Both the position numbers and the translations under genes were made by a program. The notes beneath the pieces are model-generated. The model had not been told where the DNA came from, searched no databases, and saw only the letters and a list, made by a program, of their open reading frames with translations. A stretch of 64,000 nucleotides of DNA from a virus. The stretch is from the IMG/VR virus record IMGVR_UViG_3300042554_001073; one strand, written 5' to 3'. Below are positions 44,041-53,537 of the stretch, piece after piece; within the stretch, counting starts at the first letter, position 1; every line of letters starts with the position of its first letter.

Positions 44041-44708
44041 AGATCTGGATGTGGTAAGGATTGATGATATAAGTTATATTCTGGTTTTAAACAGAGTTTT
44101 ACATCACCTGCGATTACATATCTATCTCCAACATTTTCTTTTTTTAAGGTTGAATGTTGAAGTTTACTTGGAAACATAACAACTGTCCCTTCTGTTGGAG
44201 TAATAGTATAGACATTACAGTTGTATCTATTATATTTCTTGATCATATTAAAGTTCTGACCAGTCTCAAAAAGAGCACCAGCAACTTCATTCATATTTTC
44301 CAAAGTATGAACACAGAACTTGTCAGAAGTTTGATCTGAAGAAAGATAATAGCAGAAAGAAATATCAGACCCATTGTGGGAATGCATATTAAGTTGTGGA
44401 ATGTTCTGATTATGATATCCTATCCAAGATTTGGTGAAGTTTATATTCAGTTTCTCATAATCAACTTCTAGCAAGTCAAGATATTTGCAAATACTTTTTT
44501 GAATTGCTTCAAAGATTGAACGATACTTGGGATTTAAATGAAGTGAGCACTTTCCAGAGTTTTCTGGGGTCTCGTGAACCCATTCACCATTTAAATCTGT
44601 CTTATACCATAGAGTTTTTAACTCATCAAGATGGTTTTTCTTAAACTCATTATGAATGTCTATTTCATCCTGAACAACGACAGTCGGAAAAACCTCATGT
44701 ACTTTCAT
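44025..44708 (-). CDS. 2OG-Fe(II) oxygenase (HxH subtype)
   Basis: LNMHSH...ISFCYYL...EGTVVMFPSKLQHST...RYVIAGD. Confidence 0.8.
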   Translation of the reverse strand: MKVHEVFPTVVVQDEIDIHNEFKKNHLDELKTLWYKTDLNGEWVHETPENSGKCSLHLNPKYRSIFEAIQKSICKYLDLLEVDYEKLNINFTKSWIGYHNQNIPQLNMHSHNGSDISFCYYLSSDQTSDKFCVHTLENMNEVAGALFETGQNFNMIKKYNRYNCNVYTITPTEGTVVMFPSKLQHSTLKKENVGDRYVIAGDVKLCLKPEYNLYHQSLPHPDLWLTF

Positions 44709-44728
44709 AGTAAATGTATATTGGTATA

Positions 44729-45475
44729 TTACCTATTATCTCCTGGATAGTCGTCTGGTGTCAAGCCTTCGTACTCTGGAATATTTCTCTCACAGTCAAT
44801 TCTTTCTCCATAAATGTGGAAGAAGCAATCAATTGGCATTCCACCGTGAGATTGTAGATAAACTTTATCTTCATCAATACGCTTAACTATTACGTTTTGG
44901 TGAGAACCAACAGGCGTTAAGTTGACGGTGATAGTTGTCCAATCAACCAGATTTTTCCAATACAAAGGAAGATAAATCTCTTTCCTATTAGTCACTCTCC
45001 CTCTATAGTAAACATCTGCTGTAGGACCTTCTATACAGACATAACGAAGTCTCCAACCCTCTTTAGTTGGGTGCGGAATATCAAAGTTTTTCTTAGCAGA
45101 AAGTATGTGAGTATTACATAAAGATCTGACATCACCACCAGCAATAATGTCTCCACCAGTTTGTAATCTGAAGTTGACATCAAGATTTCCCATCACTGCA
45201 GCATTATCTGAAACACACAGTGCATATGGATTGCTTACAGGTTGACACAATGACCCAGGGGCAAAGGGAGGAACTACATCAGGATCACTATTTGTAAGTG
45301 GTCCAATCATTACGGTAGCATATGCGGTAGGAAAGTGAGTAGGATTTCCAAAAACTACTGGACCTTCAGCACACATCGACCCATTAATCTTTTTGTCACC
45401 TTCACCAATGGCGGGAGCAATACCAGTTCCAACTTTAAGTTGTCCACCCGTAGTTACATCAGGAAAATCAGCCAT
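44729..45475 (-). CDS. virion structural protein, paralog of 43336..44040
   Basis: LSAKKNFDIPHP...GWRLRYVCIEGPT.DVYYRG...LPLYWKNL. Confidence 0.75.
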   Translation of the reverse strand: MADFPDVTTGGQLKVGTGIAPAIGEGDKKINGSMCAEGPVVFGNPTHFPTAYATVMIGPLTNSDPDVVPPFAPGSLCQPVSNPYALCVSDNAAVMGNLDVNFRLQTGGDIIAGGDVRSLCNTHILSAKKNFDIPHPTKEGWRLRYVCIEGPTADVYYRGRVTNRKEIYLPLYWKNLVDWTTITVNLTPVGSHQNVIVKRIDEDKVYLQSHGGMPIDCFFHIYGERIDCERNIPEYEGLTPDDYPGDNR

Positions 45476-45486
45476 TTGTCAACTCC

Positions 45487-46242
45487 TTATACTTTATTGT
45501 TTTTTTCAACATCCCTCTTTCCTCCATTTTTAGCATCTTTTACAGCACAAGAATCATCAACTGCTTTGAATATAGAACCATAACATTTTAGAATACTGTT
45601 TGCTACGACTTCACCCGAACCAGAACTTACAATCTTATAAGTATTCTTGGCATTCATTAAAAGTTTTTTAGAGTTTGTTTCTATATTTTCAGAAGCAAAC
45701 ATTCTAATGTTTCCTTTACTACCTCCCTCACCCGTGGCAATCAACTCAATGTCTTTTGCCTCTAATCTAATCTTACCATTTGAAGCTACAATAAGTATAT
45801 TACCATTTTTTGCGTTAAATAGCAATGTATCTTGTGCTTCCTCATTCGTACTACCAGCTTCCATCTGGATGTTTCCAGGAGCTATAAGAGTAGTCCACCC
45901 CTTTCTTTGCCCATCTTTGTCCATAAAGATGGCGTGATTGGCATCAGATGTCTGAAGCATAACACCTGCCGTCACATCACCTTGTTTGTGAATACCTCCT
46001 AGGGTTAAAGAACCATGATCATTTCCATAACGAACCGCAGTATAGTTCTGTTTAGCAGTATCTGTTGGCAACCTTGACGAAGCAAACTCAGAAGCAGCAA
46101 CAACAATATTTCCAGCCGAATCTACTACATTACCAGCAGCGTCCAAAACGTTACCAGCATTTGCTAATAAACCAGCAATATCATCTGTTGAAAGAGCACC
46201 TTTTTTTACTCTATCATTATTACAATTTCTTGATACTGGCAT
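45487..46242 (-). CDS. baseplate spike-related protein, gp5 C-terminal beta-helix-like
   Basis: Repeated short beta strands (GNILIVASNGKIRLEAKDIELIA); position downstream of the gp5 N-terminal gene. Confidence 0.55.
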   Translation of the reverse strand: MPVSRNCNNDRVKKGALSTDDIAGLLANAGNVLDAAGNVVDSAGNIVVAASEFASSRLPTDTAKQNYTAVRYGNDHGSLTLGGIHKQGDVTAGVMLQTSDANHAIFMDKDGQRKGWTTLIAPGNIQMEAGSTNEEAQDTLLFNAKNGNILIVASNGKIRLEAKDIELIATGEGGSKGNIRMFASENIETNSKKLLMNAKNTYKIVSSGSGEVVANSILKCYGSIFKAVDDSCAVKDAKNGGKRDVEKNNKV

Positions 46243-46277
46243 GAGTACAAATTATTTTGTATTACTATTTAATAACC

Positions 46278-49200
46278 CTAGATGAGAGTATCTGGAGTTC
46301 CTGGGAGATTGAGTCTTGGATTGTTACTATTAGTGTCAGTACCCTGACGTAGGATAGCAGAAGGTCTGGTAACAACCTGAGCATCGATGCTCTCTTGTAG
46401 GGTATCGTATACCTGAACAAGTTCTCCTGGAGTTTCATAGAAACCAGCATAACGAACACCATCTTTATAAAAGACAGCGCCAAAGTATGCTCTCCCATCA
46501 ACATATCCAGTTTGTTTGAGACCAACCAAGTCAGTAACTTGAATTAGTTTCGCAGGATCAGCAACGATTGGGTCTCTGACAACTTCAAATTGTGGTCTAA
46601 ATCTAGCATTTATTCCAGTATCTGTCACCATTGAAATATCTGGATAAGATGTAAATCCTAGACCAGGATCTAATACATTTACACTTCTAATTCTACCAAA
46701 ACTATCACAATCATAACTTAATACGGCACCATTGCTTGGAGTTATTTGTATCTCATCAACTCCACAATTGTGATTTATACCAGGATTTTCTACAACAACA
46801 GATTTTAATCTCAAAGTAACTGGATACGTAATCGCAGAAGCATCCGCTGGAGGAACATTATTTGGAAGTGATGGATTACCATTTCCTGGGTCATCAACAA
46901 TAACCTCTGTTACTACACCTTTACCACGTATTATCTTAGGACATGGAGGTGGTACAAGAATAGCAGATATGCCAACTGGGTTAGTTGTCCATGGTTTAGA
47001 TAATCCGGTTGGTTGACTTATTGGAACAGTGATTATGGCATTGAAAACAATTGGATTAGTATCAAAAGTGCTTCTATTATTTCCAGGAATATTGTAAATT
47101 TCCATTTCAACCTTTCTCTTTCCTCTAGAGACATTGAAATTAAAAGTTCTCACACCTTCAAATACTTTCGCCACTCCAACTTCAACTCCATCGACTCTTA
47201 CTATAACATAATCATCGGCTTCTGCTCTTAGAGTATATTGACCATCAACAGGAAAATCAACATTGTCCCAGGTCAAAATCCAAGTTCTATCCATATTATT
47301 AGCACGATAATCTTCATCACCATTAAAAGCAGGAGTTAGAAATGGGCCAAGAGTTCCATTTCTATAACTAGCAAGAACGGGTCCGTTATATGTAACTCCA
47401 TCCTTTACTAATGGTCCCGTATTTCTCACAGAATCTATCGTATATTTACATGTTGCTTCATTTTTTCCATCTTTAAAATCAAAAAATCTTCCCCGAGAAG
47501 CAGCACATATTATATCTGTCCAATCATTATCTGTCGATTCTTCTGCTTCCAAAACAGAATCTCTACTTCTAAGTCTAAGTCCTCTTTTACTTTCTGGACT
47601 TTTAATAGTAACAGTATATACTTTTCCGATTTCTACAGATCTTTTAAGTTTTTCATTTATTTGATTACCTTTATAAGTTTTTGAAAGATTAATATCCAAA
47701 TCTGGTATTGAAATAGAGTTGGAAAAATCGGCACCAGAAGAAATATTAAATTTTACATCAACTTTTTGAGCTATTGGTGTGGCAGGTAACCAATCTCCAG
47801 TATCAAGAACTTTTTTATCAACTCTCTCAAAGGTCTCTGTTTTTTCATTTTCAACTTCAACATCAATGGTATGCATTCCCTTAGTCAAAAATACCTTTGT
47901 TGTCTGAGGGTTTTCTACTCTAAATCCATCAAGACCTTTTTTTCCAACTGTTCTTCCTCTAAAACTAACTCCACCACCTCTCGCTATTTCCTTTCCATCA
48001 ATAAGAATTCTACCTCCATTATCAACAGTTCCCCTTAGAGCGTAGAATCCATCATAAGGAATATCCAAGTTCCAAGAATTTTTATATACGACTCCTCCTC
48101 CATCAGATCCTTTTTGCGATAAAGGTAAAACTGGAGATATGGCATAACGATTCATAAACTTACTCCATGCTTCCCCAAATCTTACTGGATACCACTTTTC
48201 ATTTGAACCAGGAGATCTAGTAGACCAGATTGGATTTCTGGGACATCTACCTTCCTGTTCTATTACTGGTTCTTGGGGAATGGGTGGAAGAGGGGCATCA
48301 ATACACATCGAAATTCCCATTGGATTTTGAATCCAAGATCTTTTGGAAATTACCTCCTGCTCTGTAAAGGAAGTTTCTATATTAATAGAAAGAGCCATTG
48401 GATTGATTCCCTTCATATCAATAAATCCAAATTGACCATCTGGGTTTTGTTCCAAATCAGCAATGATTTTATACTTTCCCCTATTAAATGCTCTCGTTTC
48501 TATACTTTTTTCATTTTTCTGACCTGTAGAAGTAAATCCTCTCTTAGAAATAGTAACTTCAGTACCGGGTCCCTGAAAAGTTAGATTGACGTTATCATCT
48601 ACATCCAATTCTATAACATAATTTCCATCAATTGGAAAATCAACATTGTCCCAAACTATTCTATGAGTTCCAGCATATGGATTATCTTGTAATTGAACTG
48701 TGGTATCAAATGGACAAACACCATACTCATTTAGGAATCCACCTCTACTATAAACATTCGTTCTCCAAAGTTTTCTATCTGCTTTAGTAATATAATCTAC
48801 TGTATTAAAAACTCTTCTTACTTGTTGAGATTGTGTTGAAGATTTAGAAGAATTATCTTTCTCACTAACTAAAAAACTTAAGTCATACGTGCTTCTATTA
48901 CTTCCTTTCGCTTTTCTCTTATTTGAGCTAGTAAAAGTTCCGGATCCAGCAGTTATCTGTATGTCATCATTATCATTTGCTGATGCTATGTAGTCAGCAA
49001 ATATTTTATTGGAAGTTCCAACTCCACCCTCTTTATTCTTTTTATTCTGTATCAGTCCCTGTTCTACATTTCCTCTAGTTGAAGTTGCTACAACTTTATA
49101 TTTTATGTTTGGTTTTACACTAATAGTATCTTTTCTAGTCTCTTTTCCTCTAGAAACTCCTCTAATAGTAAATGAATCAGATCCATCTTCAGCGGTGAAG

Positions 49201-50375
49201 AAGAAAGAAAATCCTCTTGTCGATTTTCCTTCACCATAAACACTAAAGTCTACATTTACTCTTCCAGTCTTTGATTCTTGCGTAATTACTTTTTCTAAGA
49301 ATGGAATATTATACAGGTCAACCCTAATTCTATGAACTCCTTCGTTAACAACTTTTTTTATTTTATCTGGCGGTTCATCTCCAAACTTAGACGTTTGAAA
49401 CAGAAGTTGGTTATCAAGAAATATTTTTGCGATATTATCAGCCATTGCTTTAAAGACATATTCACCTTCATAAGGAAACTCTTTTTCCCACTCAAATGTA
49501 AAAGTAATTCCAGCATAGTCAGTTCCTGGTACATTTGATGGTGGAGTAGGTGATATAGCATGGGAGTTCATGAAATCTCCCCAACTAAAAAATGTAACAT
49601 CATGCTTAACTCTAGATGTTCTTGTCAGAGATGTTACTGCTAATGGAGTTTCTGTTCTAGTTGACCACCAACATCTGATTATATTTTCAGCAGTACTAAC
49701 TCTTGTTCCACCACGAAGAGACTCCAAGAATTTTTGATACTCTTGTATCTCACGACGAATTGGATCCTTTGAAAAATTAGCGTAAAGAGTTGGATCCCAT
49801 TCACCCACGTCATTTCCATCAGGAGAATATACTCTTCCAAATCCAGCATCAGTTAATGGGGAAATGTCATATTCTTCAAAATCATCTTCTTGATCATAAA
49901 ACTCTACTGTCTCAACAATTTCTCCTAGAACAGAGCGAACAACAGTTCCTGCTCCTATACCACAGTTATCTTTTACTTGAGTTATTGGTGGATACTGGTA
50001 TCCAAATCCACCGGAAACCAAGTCAACAGCAAGAAGAGATCCATCTTCCCCTATGATGGGATTTCCTTTTGCTCCTATTCCACCACCACCATAAAAATAT
50101 ACTTTTGTTGGACCACAATCAGATTCAAGTTCTATACCAGGACAATCTTTTGAACTCTGTGGAAGAAGATCATCTGGATTTAGATTGTTTACTTCATTTA
50201 TATTGAGATATTTAATTTCATCCCTTGTTCTAAAAATAAATTGAGTTCCTGGGTTTCTTCTAGCATAATCATTTGCCTGAGCAACTGTAACACCGTCAAC
50301 AAAACCCCTCTCCGTTGAAATATATCCAACTCGAACATCATTTTTTGTTGCTGGTCCAAATATATTAAACGACAT
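46278..50375 (-). CDS. large virion structural protein with multiple PA14-like domains
   Basis: Four Y-x-(F/I/L)-x-x-x-(A/V)D(D/N) repeats, e.g. YVFKAMADN, YTLRAEADD. Confidence 0.7.
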   Translation of the reverse strand: MSFNIFGPATKNDVRVGYISTERGFVDGVTVAQANDYARRNPGTQFIFRTRDEIKYLNINEVNNLNPDDLLPQSSKDCPGIELESDCGPTKVYFYGGGGIGAKGNPIIGEDGSLLAVDLVSGGFGYQYPPITQVKDNCGIGAGTVVRSVLGEIVETVEFYDQEDDFEEYDISPLTDAGFGRVYSPDGNDVGEWDPTLYANFSKDPIRREIQEYQKFLESLRGGTRVSTAENIIRCWWSTRTETPLAVTSLTRTSRVKHDVTFFSWGDFMNSHAISPTPPSNVPGTDYAGITFTFEWEKEFPYEGEYVFKAMADNIAKIFLDNQLLFQTSKFGDEPPDKIKKVVNEGVHRIRVDLYNIPFLEKVITQESKTGRVNVDFSVYGEGKSTRGFSFFFTAEDGSDSFTIRGVSRGKETRKDTISVKPNIKYKVVATSTRGNVEQGLIQNKKNKEGGVGTSNKIFADYIASANDNDDIQITAGSGTFTSSNKRKAKGSNRSTYDLSFLVSEKDNSSKSSTQSQQVRRVFNTVDYITKADRKLWRTNVYSRGGFLNEYGVCPFDTTVQLQDNPYAGTHRIVWDNVDFPIDGNYVIELDVDDNVNLTFQGPGTEVTISKRGFTSTGQKNEKSIETRAFNRGKYKIIADLEQNPDGQFGFIDMKGINPMALSINIETSFTEQEVISKRSWIQNPMGISMCIDAPLPPIPQEPVIEQEGRCPRNPIWSTRSPGSNEKWYPVRFGEAWSKFMNRYAISPVLPLSQKGSDGGGVVYKNSWNLDIPYDGFYALRGTVDNGGRILIDGKEIARGGGVSFRGRTVGKKGLDGFRVENPQTTKVFLTKGMHTIDVEVENEKTETFERVDKKVLDTGDWLPATPIAQKVDVKFNISSGADFSNSISIPDLDINLSKTYKGNQINEKLKRSVEIGKVYTVTIKSPESKRGLRLRSRDSVLEAEESTDNDWTDIICAASRGRFFDFKDGKNEATCKYTIDSVRNTGPLVKDGVTYNGPVLASYRNGTLGPFLTPAFNGDEDYRANNMDRTWILTWDNVDFPVDGQYTLRAEADDYVIVRVDGVEVGVAKVFEGVRTFNFNVSRGKRKVEMEIYNIPGNNRSTFDTNPIVFNAIITVPISQPTGLSKPWTTNPVGISAILVPPPCPKIIRGKGVVTEVIVDDPGNGNPSLPNNVPPADASAITYPVTLRLKSVVVENPGINHNCGVDEIQITPSNGAVLSYDCDSFGRIRSVNVLDPGLGFTSYPDISMVTDTGINARFRPQFEVVRDPIVADPAKLIQVTDLVGLKQTGYVDGRAYFGAVFYKDGVRYAGFYETPGELVQVYDTLQESIDAQVVTRPSAILRQGTDTNSNNPRLNLPGTPDTLI

Positions 50376-50417
50376 GCTTTCTATATTTCTTGTGCTTGCT
50401 TGTCATAAGGATATTTA

Positions 50418-51953
50418 TTATGCTATTCCAGATACTGAGGAAACTACTTGATTGCTCGTTCTAGCATCACTTAAAACAACATTTTGTGTTGCTTTAGTTG
50501 GCTCAGCATAAGGAACATCTCTTACCGCTTGTACTGAAGATTGTTTCTGCGCTGCGTTATCAACTGCTGCTGCGCTTGGTTGTTCAGCATCTGGAGCTGC
50601 TTCACCACCTCTAGCAAGAGTGTAATAATCCGAGACCGCAATATTGGGCTTCAGTTCACATCCAAAAATATTGAGAGATAGATTAACAAAAGACAATGCT
50701 GATGTTAGACTTCCATCTATACCACCAATCAAAGAAGTAATATCTGCTAAAGAATCAGAAACTCCTGCAAGTTGACTTTCAATGTCTCCCAAGAAAGCAT
50801 TGATATTATTCAACAACGCATTATTAGCATCATCAATATCACTCTTACTATAAGAAACAACTTGTCCTATAATGTCTTCAGCGTAACATATTGGGACGTT
50901 AGGAGTCTTCTCACAAGAATCCAATCCAGCAGCTCCCGCCTCTTGTAATTCTTTAGGTTTGAATAATTCATCTAAAATTCCTCTTACCAAATCACAAAGT
51001 CCTTCAGTAATTTTATTGTATAGGCACAAAATTAATTCTGTTAATATCTCCTTAATATCACCAAACAAATATCTGTAAGTTGATGGAATAGCAGAAACAA
51101 CTTTTGAGAGTTCTTTATTAAGTAACTTCATAACATATTCCATAACTTTATCAAATAGAATTTTCATATATCTTGCTATTTGACAAGCAGCATCGGAGAC
51201 AAGTTTCTCTAAATCAGTAATTACATTAGAAACAGCATCAATATAACTTGTGATAGCATTCAGATACTTATTAATCTTTTGAGTTAAGTTATCAAGAACT
51301 GTTTGAATTGCTTTTGTCGCAGAACCAACAGTATCATCTGGTTTAAGTAAAGGAATTTTTTCTTGAAGTTTATCTTCTCTCTTCACATCTCCAGAAGTAG
51401 TTTGGTGAACAGCATCTGGATTCTCTTTTGTTGGTGTCTTTCCTTCAGATACTACTAGACCTTCATCAGGAGCAGTTTCTTTTGTTGTTCCAGTCTTTGG
51501 TTCTTTTGTTTCAGCGTATCCACTCTGTGGAGTAAAGTTTTTTCCTTTATTAAATCCAGTTTTTGTTTCAAGTTCTGTTTGAGCATTGTTTCCAAGAACT
51601 CCCATAATAACAGGAACTTGTTGGTCTTTATCATCAAGAAAGAATCCGAATACAAAGTTTCCTTGACGAAGGTTTGGCGTTTGAGATGCTCCAGTTTGAC
51701 CACCACCAGCAGTGATGGGATACATCACTTGTGCCCAAGGAAGATCTTCAGAGGTTAGAGGTTCTTCCTCTTGGTCATGAAGTCCAATGATCCTAACTTT
51801 ATATCTTCTTCCCCAACCAGGGATAGCATTTTTATCTTCAAATTTTCCAGGAACAACATTATCTCTCCAAGTGGAATCGTCAGCAATCTGACCAATCCAC
51901 CAGTTGAAATTTGCTCCTAAAAATCCAGGATTAAAAAGAGATCCACCTTCCAT
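50418..51953 (-). CDS. gp5: baseplate hub gp5-like protein (N-terminal OB-fold, no T4 lysozyme domain evident)
   Basis: GRRYKVRIIGLH...LPWAQVMYP...GNFVFGFFLD...QVPVIMGVL. Confidence 0.8.
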   Translation of the reverse strand: MEGGSLFNPGFLGANFNWWIGQIADDSTWRDNVVPGKFEDKNAIPGWGRRYKVRIIGLHDQEEEPLTSEDLPWAQVMYPITAGGGQTGASQTPNLRQGNFVFGFFLDDKDQQVPVIMGVLGNNAQTELETKTGFNKGKNFTPQSGYAETKEPKTGTTKETAPDEGLVVSEGKTPTKENPDAVHQTTSGDVKREDKLQEKIPLLKPDDTVGSATKAIQTVLDNLTQKINKYLNAITSYIDAVSNVITDLEKLVSDAACQIARYMKILFDKVMEYVMKLLNKELSKVVSAIPSTYRYLFGDIKEILTELILCLYNKITEGLCDLVRGILDELFKPKELQEAGAAGLDSCEKTPNVPICYAEDIIGQVVSYSKSDIDDANNALLNNINAFLGDIESQLAGVSDSLADITSLIGGIDGSLTSALSFVNLSLNIFGCELKPNIAVSDYYTLARGGEAAPDAEQPSAAAVDNAAQKQSSVQAVRDVPYAEPTKATQNVVLSDARTSNQVVSSVSGIA

Positions 51954-51959
51954 TACTTA

Positions 51960-52178
51960 TTAGTCTTCATAAATTTTACATTCAGCAGCATCTGGATTTT
52001 CATCACAGAACATTTCAAATGCTGTGGGGTCATGGTCTTCATCGGGATGATTTACTTTATACTTTTCTAGATGTTCTAGTTCATCCTCAATATGTCTTCT
52101 CTGCTGCGGAGAAAGAGTTGGATTTTCTAATATATCTTTATCGTCGTTGATATGTTGTTGTAGAGTTCTGTCTGTCAT
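51960..52178 (-). CDS. cp12: CP12 Calvin-cycle inhibitor, phage type
   Basis: C-terminal FEMFCDENPDAAECKIYED is the CP12 C-x8-C loop; N-terminal Cys pair absent. Confidence 0.9.
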   Translation of the reverse strand: MTDRTLQQHINDDKDILENPTLSPQQRRHIEDELEHLEKYKVNHPDEDHDPTAFEMFCDENPDAAECKIYED

Positions 52179-53515
52179 TTTAGTGATTTTCCTGAAGTGT
52201 GATTTCCAGTTCTACCAAAAGAGTCTCTAACTAAATTTAACTTTGTGTATGTTTCTTTTGGCGAAATGTAATGACATAAATCCGCTATAATATATAGACC
52301 ACCATTTTCTTTACTTACGTTTTTTGTTTCTGGTGCTAGTTCTGGAACATCGAGAAAAATAACATCCCCAGCGTGTAATGAAAAATCTCCAACAATAGTA
52401 ATAGTACACTTAGAAGCAAACAATTGATTATATCTCATACTTGATTGATTTAAAATATTTTTAGAGTCAAAGTTTTGCTTTTTAGATTTTTGAATTTGTT
52501 GTTTAGTGGATCCATCAGGTAAAGACCCCTTATCAACAAGCATATACTGTGTTCTAGAAAATTCTTTGTTTCTACCAGGTATGTCAAATTCTGGGTTTAG
52601 TTTAGGAAGCTCTTTACCAGCAAGTTTTAATTTTTCTTCTTCCTCTTTAGCATTTGGGGTTATAACTTCGTAATAACAATTAAAAGGATCGAAGAGTATT
52701 GTTCTTGTAGAATAGGCACCCATTTTCAGTTTTTCCTGAACATCTACTCTATTATCTTTCGCATAATCTAAAACCTTAGCATCATATCCAGCAGGAATGT
52801 TATCTCCTCCACTATCAGGCGTTTGGTTGAATATAAAGGACTTTTTCTTTTCTTGAGAAAGAAGTCCATCAATAGACTTGAACTTAAATCCCTCAGAAGT
52901 TTCAAAGAAAAAATATCCAGCACTTACACCAAGTTTCTGATTCTCTGCGGAAACCGCTTTCTTCGACAACCAGTTCATCGCATAACACGCTTTCCAGTTG
53001 TTTCCTATAAAATTATATTCTCCAATAGTTTCTTCAACATCAATTTCCTTTTCAGTAGCAAGAAAATTTGAGTTAGTAAAAATATCTCTTATATGGTCTG
53101 AAATTTTTCCAGTAAATTTAGTATTTAATCTAATCTTCTCATTTAAAATAGATTCCTTTGAAGATAAATCCAATTGAACCATAGATTTTGTAGTATCATC
53201 AGACAATGGAGTTACTTTGTTCACATACAAAGTAAGGTTTAAATTCTGTTCATTGTTATCTCTAAACTTAATTGTCACATTTTCTTCGCCAACAATCGGC
53301 AATCCTTCAAGTGCTGTTTTATTATCAACTGAATTACCAGTATCAGCAAATGTGACAGTTGCTTTTATAGTATCATTCAAAATGCTTTCATAATATAATA
53401 AACGAATAGTTCCACCAGAGACATCAACAGTTTTTGTCGTACTTTTATTGGAAGTGATTATTATTCCATCAATAAAAGAAGCTTCTGCACTTTTTGTTGT
53501 GATCTGATTTGCCAT
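52175..53515 (-). CDS. baseplate hub protein, gp27-like
   Basis: YYESI...GLPIVGEE...YFFFETSEGFKFKSID...GDFSLHAGDVI...YIIADLCH. Confidence 0.7.
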   Translation of the reverse strand: MANQITTKSAEASFIDGIIITSNKSTTKTVDVSGGTIRLLYYESILNDTIKATVTFADTGNSVDNKTALEGLPIVGEENVTIKFRDNNEQNLNLTLYVNKVTPLSDDTTKSMVQLDLSSKESILNEKIRLNTKFTGKISDHIRDIFTNSNFLATEKEIDVEETIGEYNFIGNNWKACYAMNWLSKKAVSAENQKLGVSAGYFFFETSEGFKFKSIDGLLSQEKKKSFIFNQTPDSGGDNIPAGYDAKVLDYAKDNRVDVQEKLKMGAYSTRTILFDPFNCYYEVITPNAKEEEEKLKLAGKELPKLNPEFDIPGRNKEFSRTQYMLVDKGSLPDGSTKQQIQKSKKQNFDSKNILNQSSMRYNQLFASKCTITIVGDFSLHAGDVIFLDVPELAPETKNVSKENGGLYIIADLCHYISPKETYTKLNLVRDSFGRTGNHTSGKSLK

Positions 53516-53537
53516 TTTTATTACCTCTTACTTCTAT

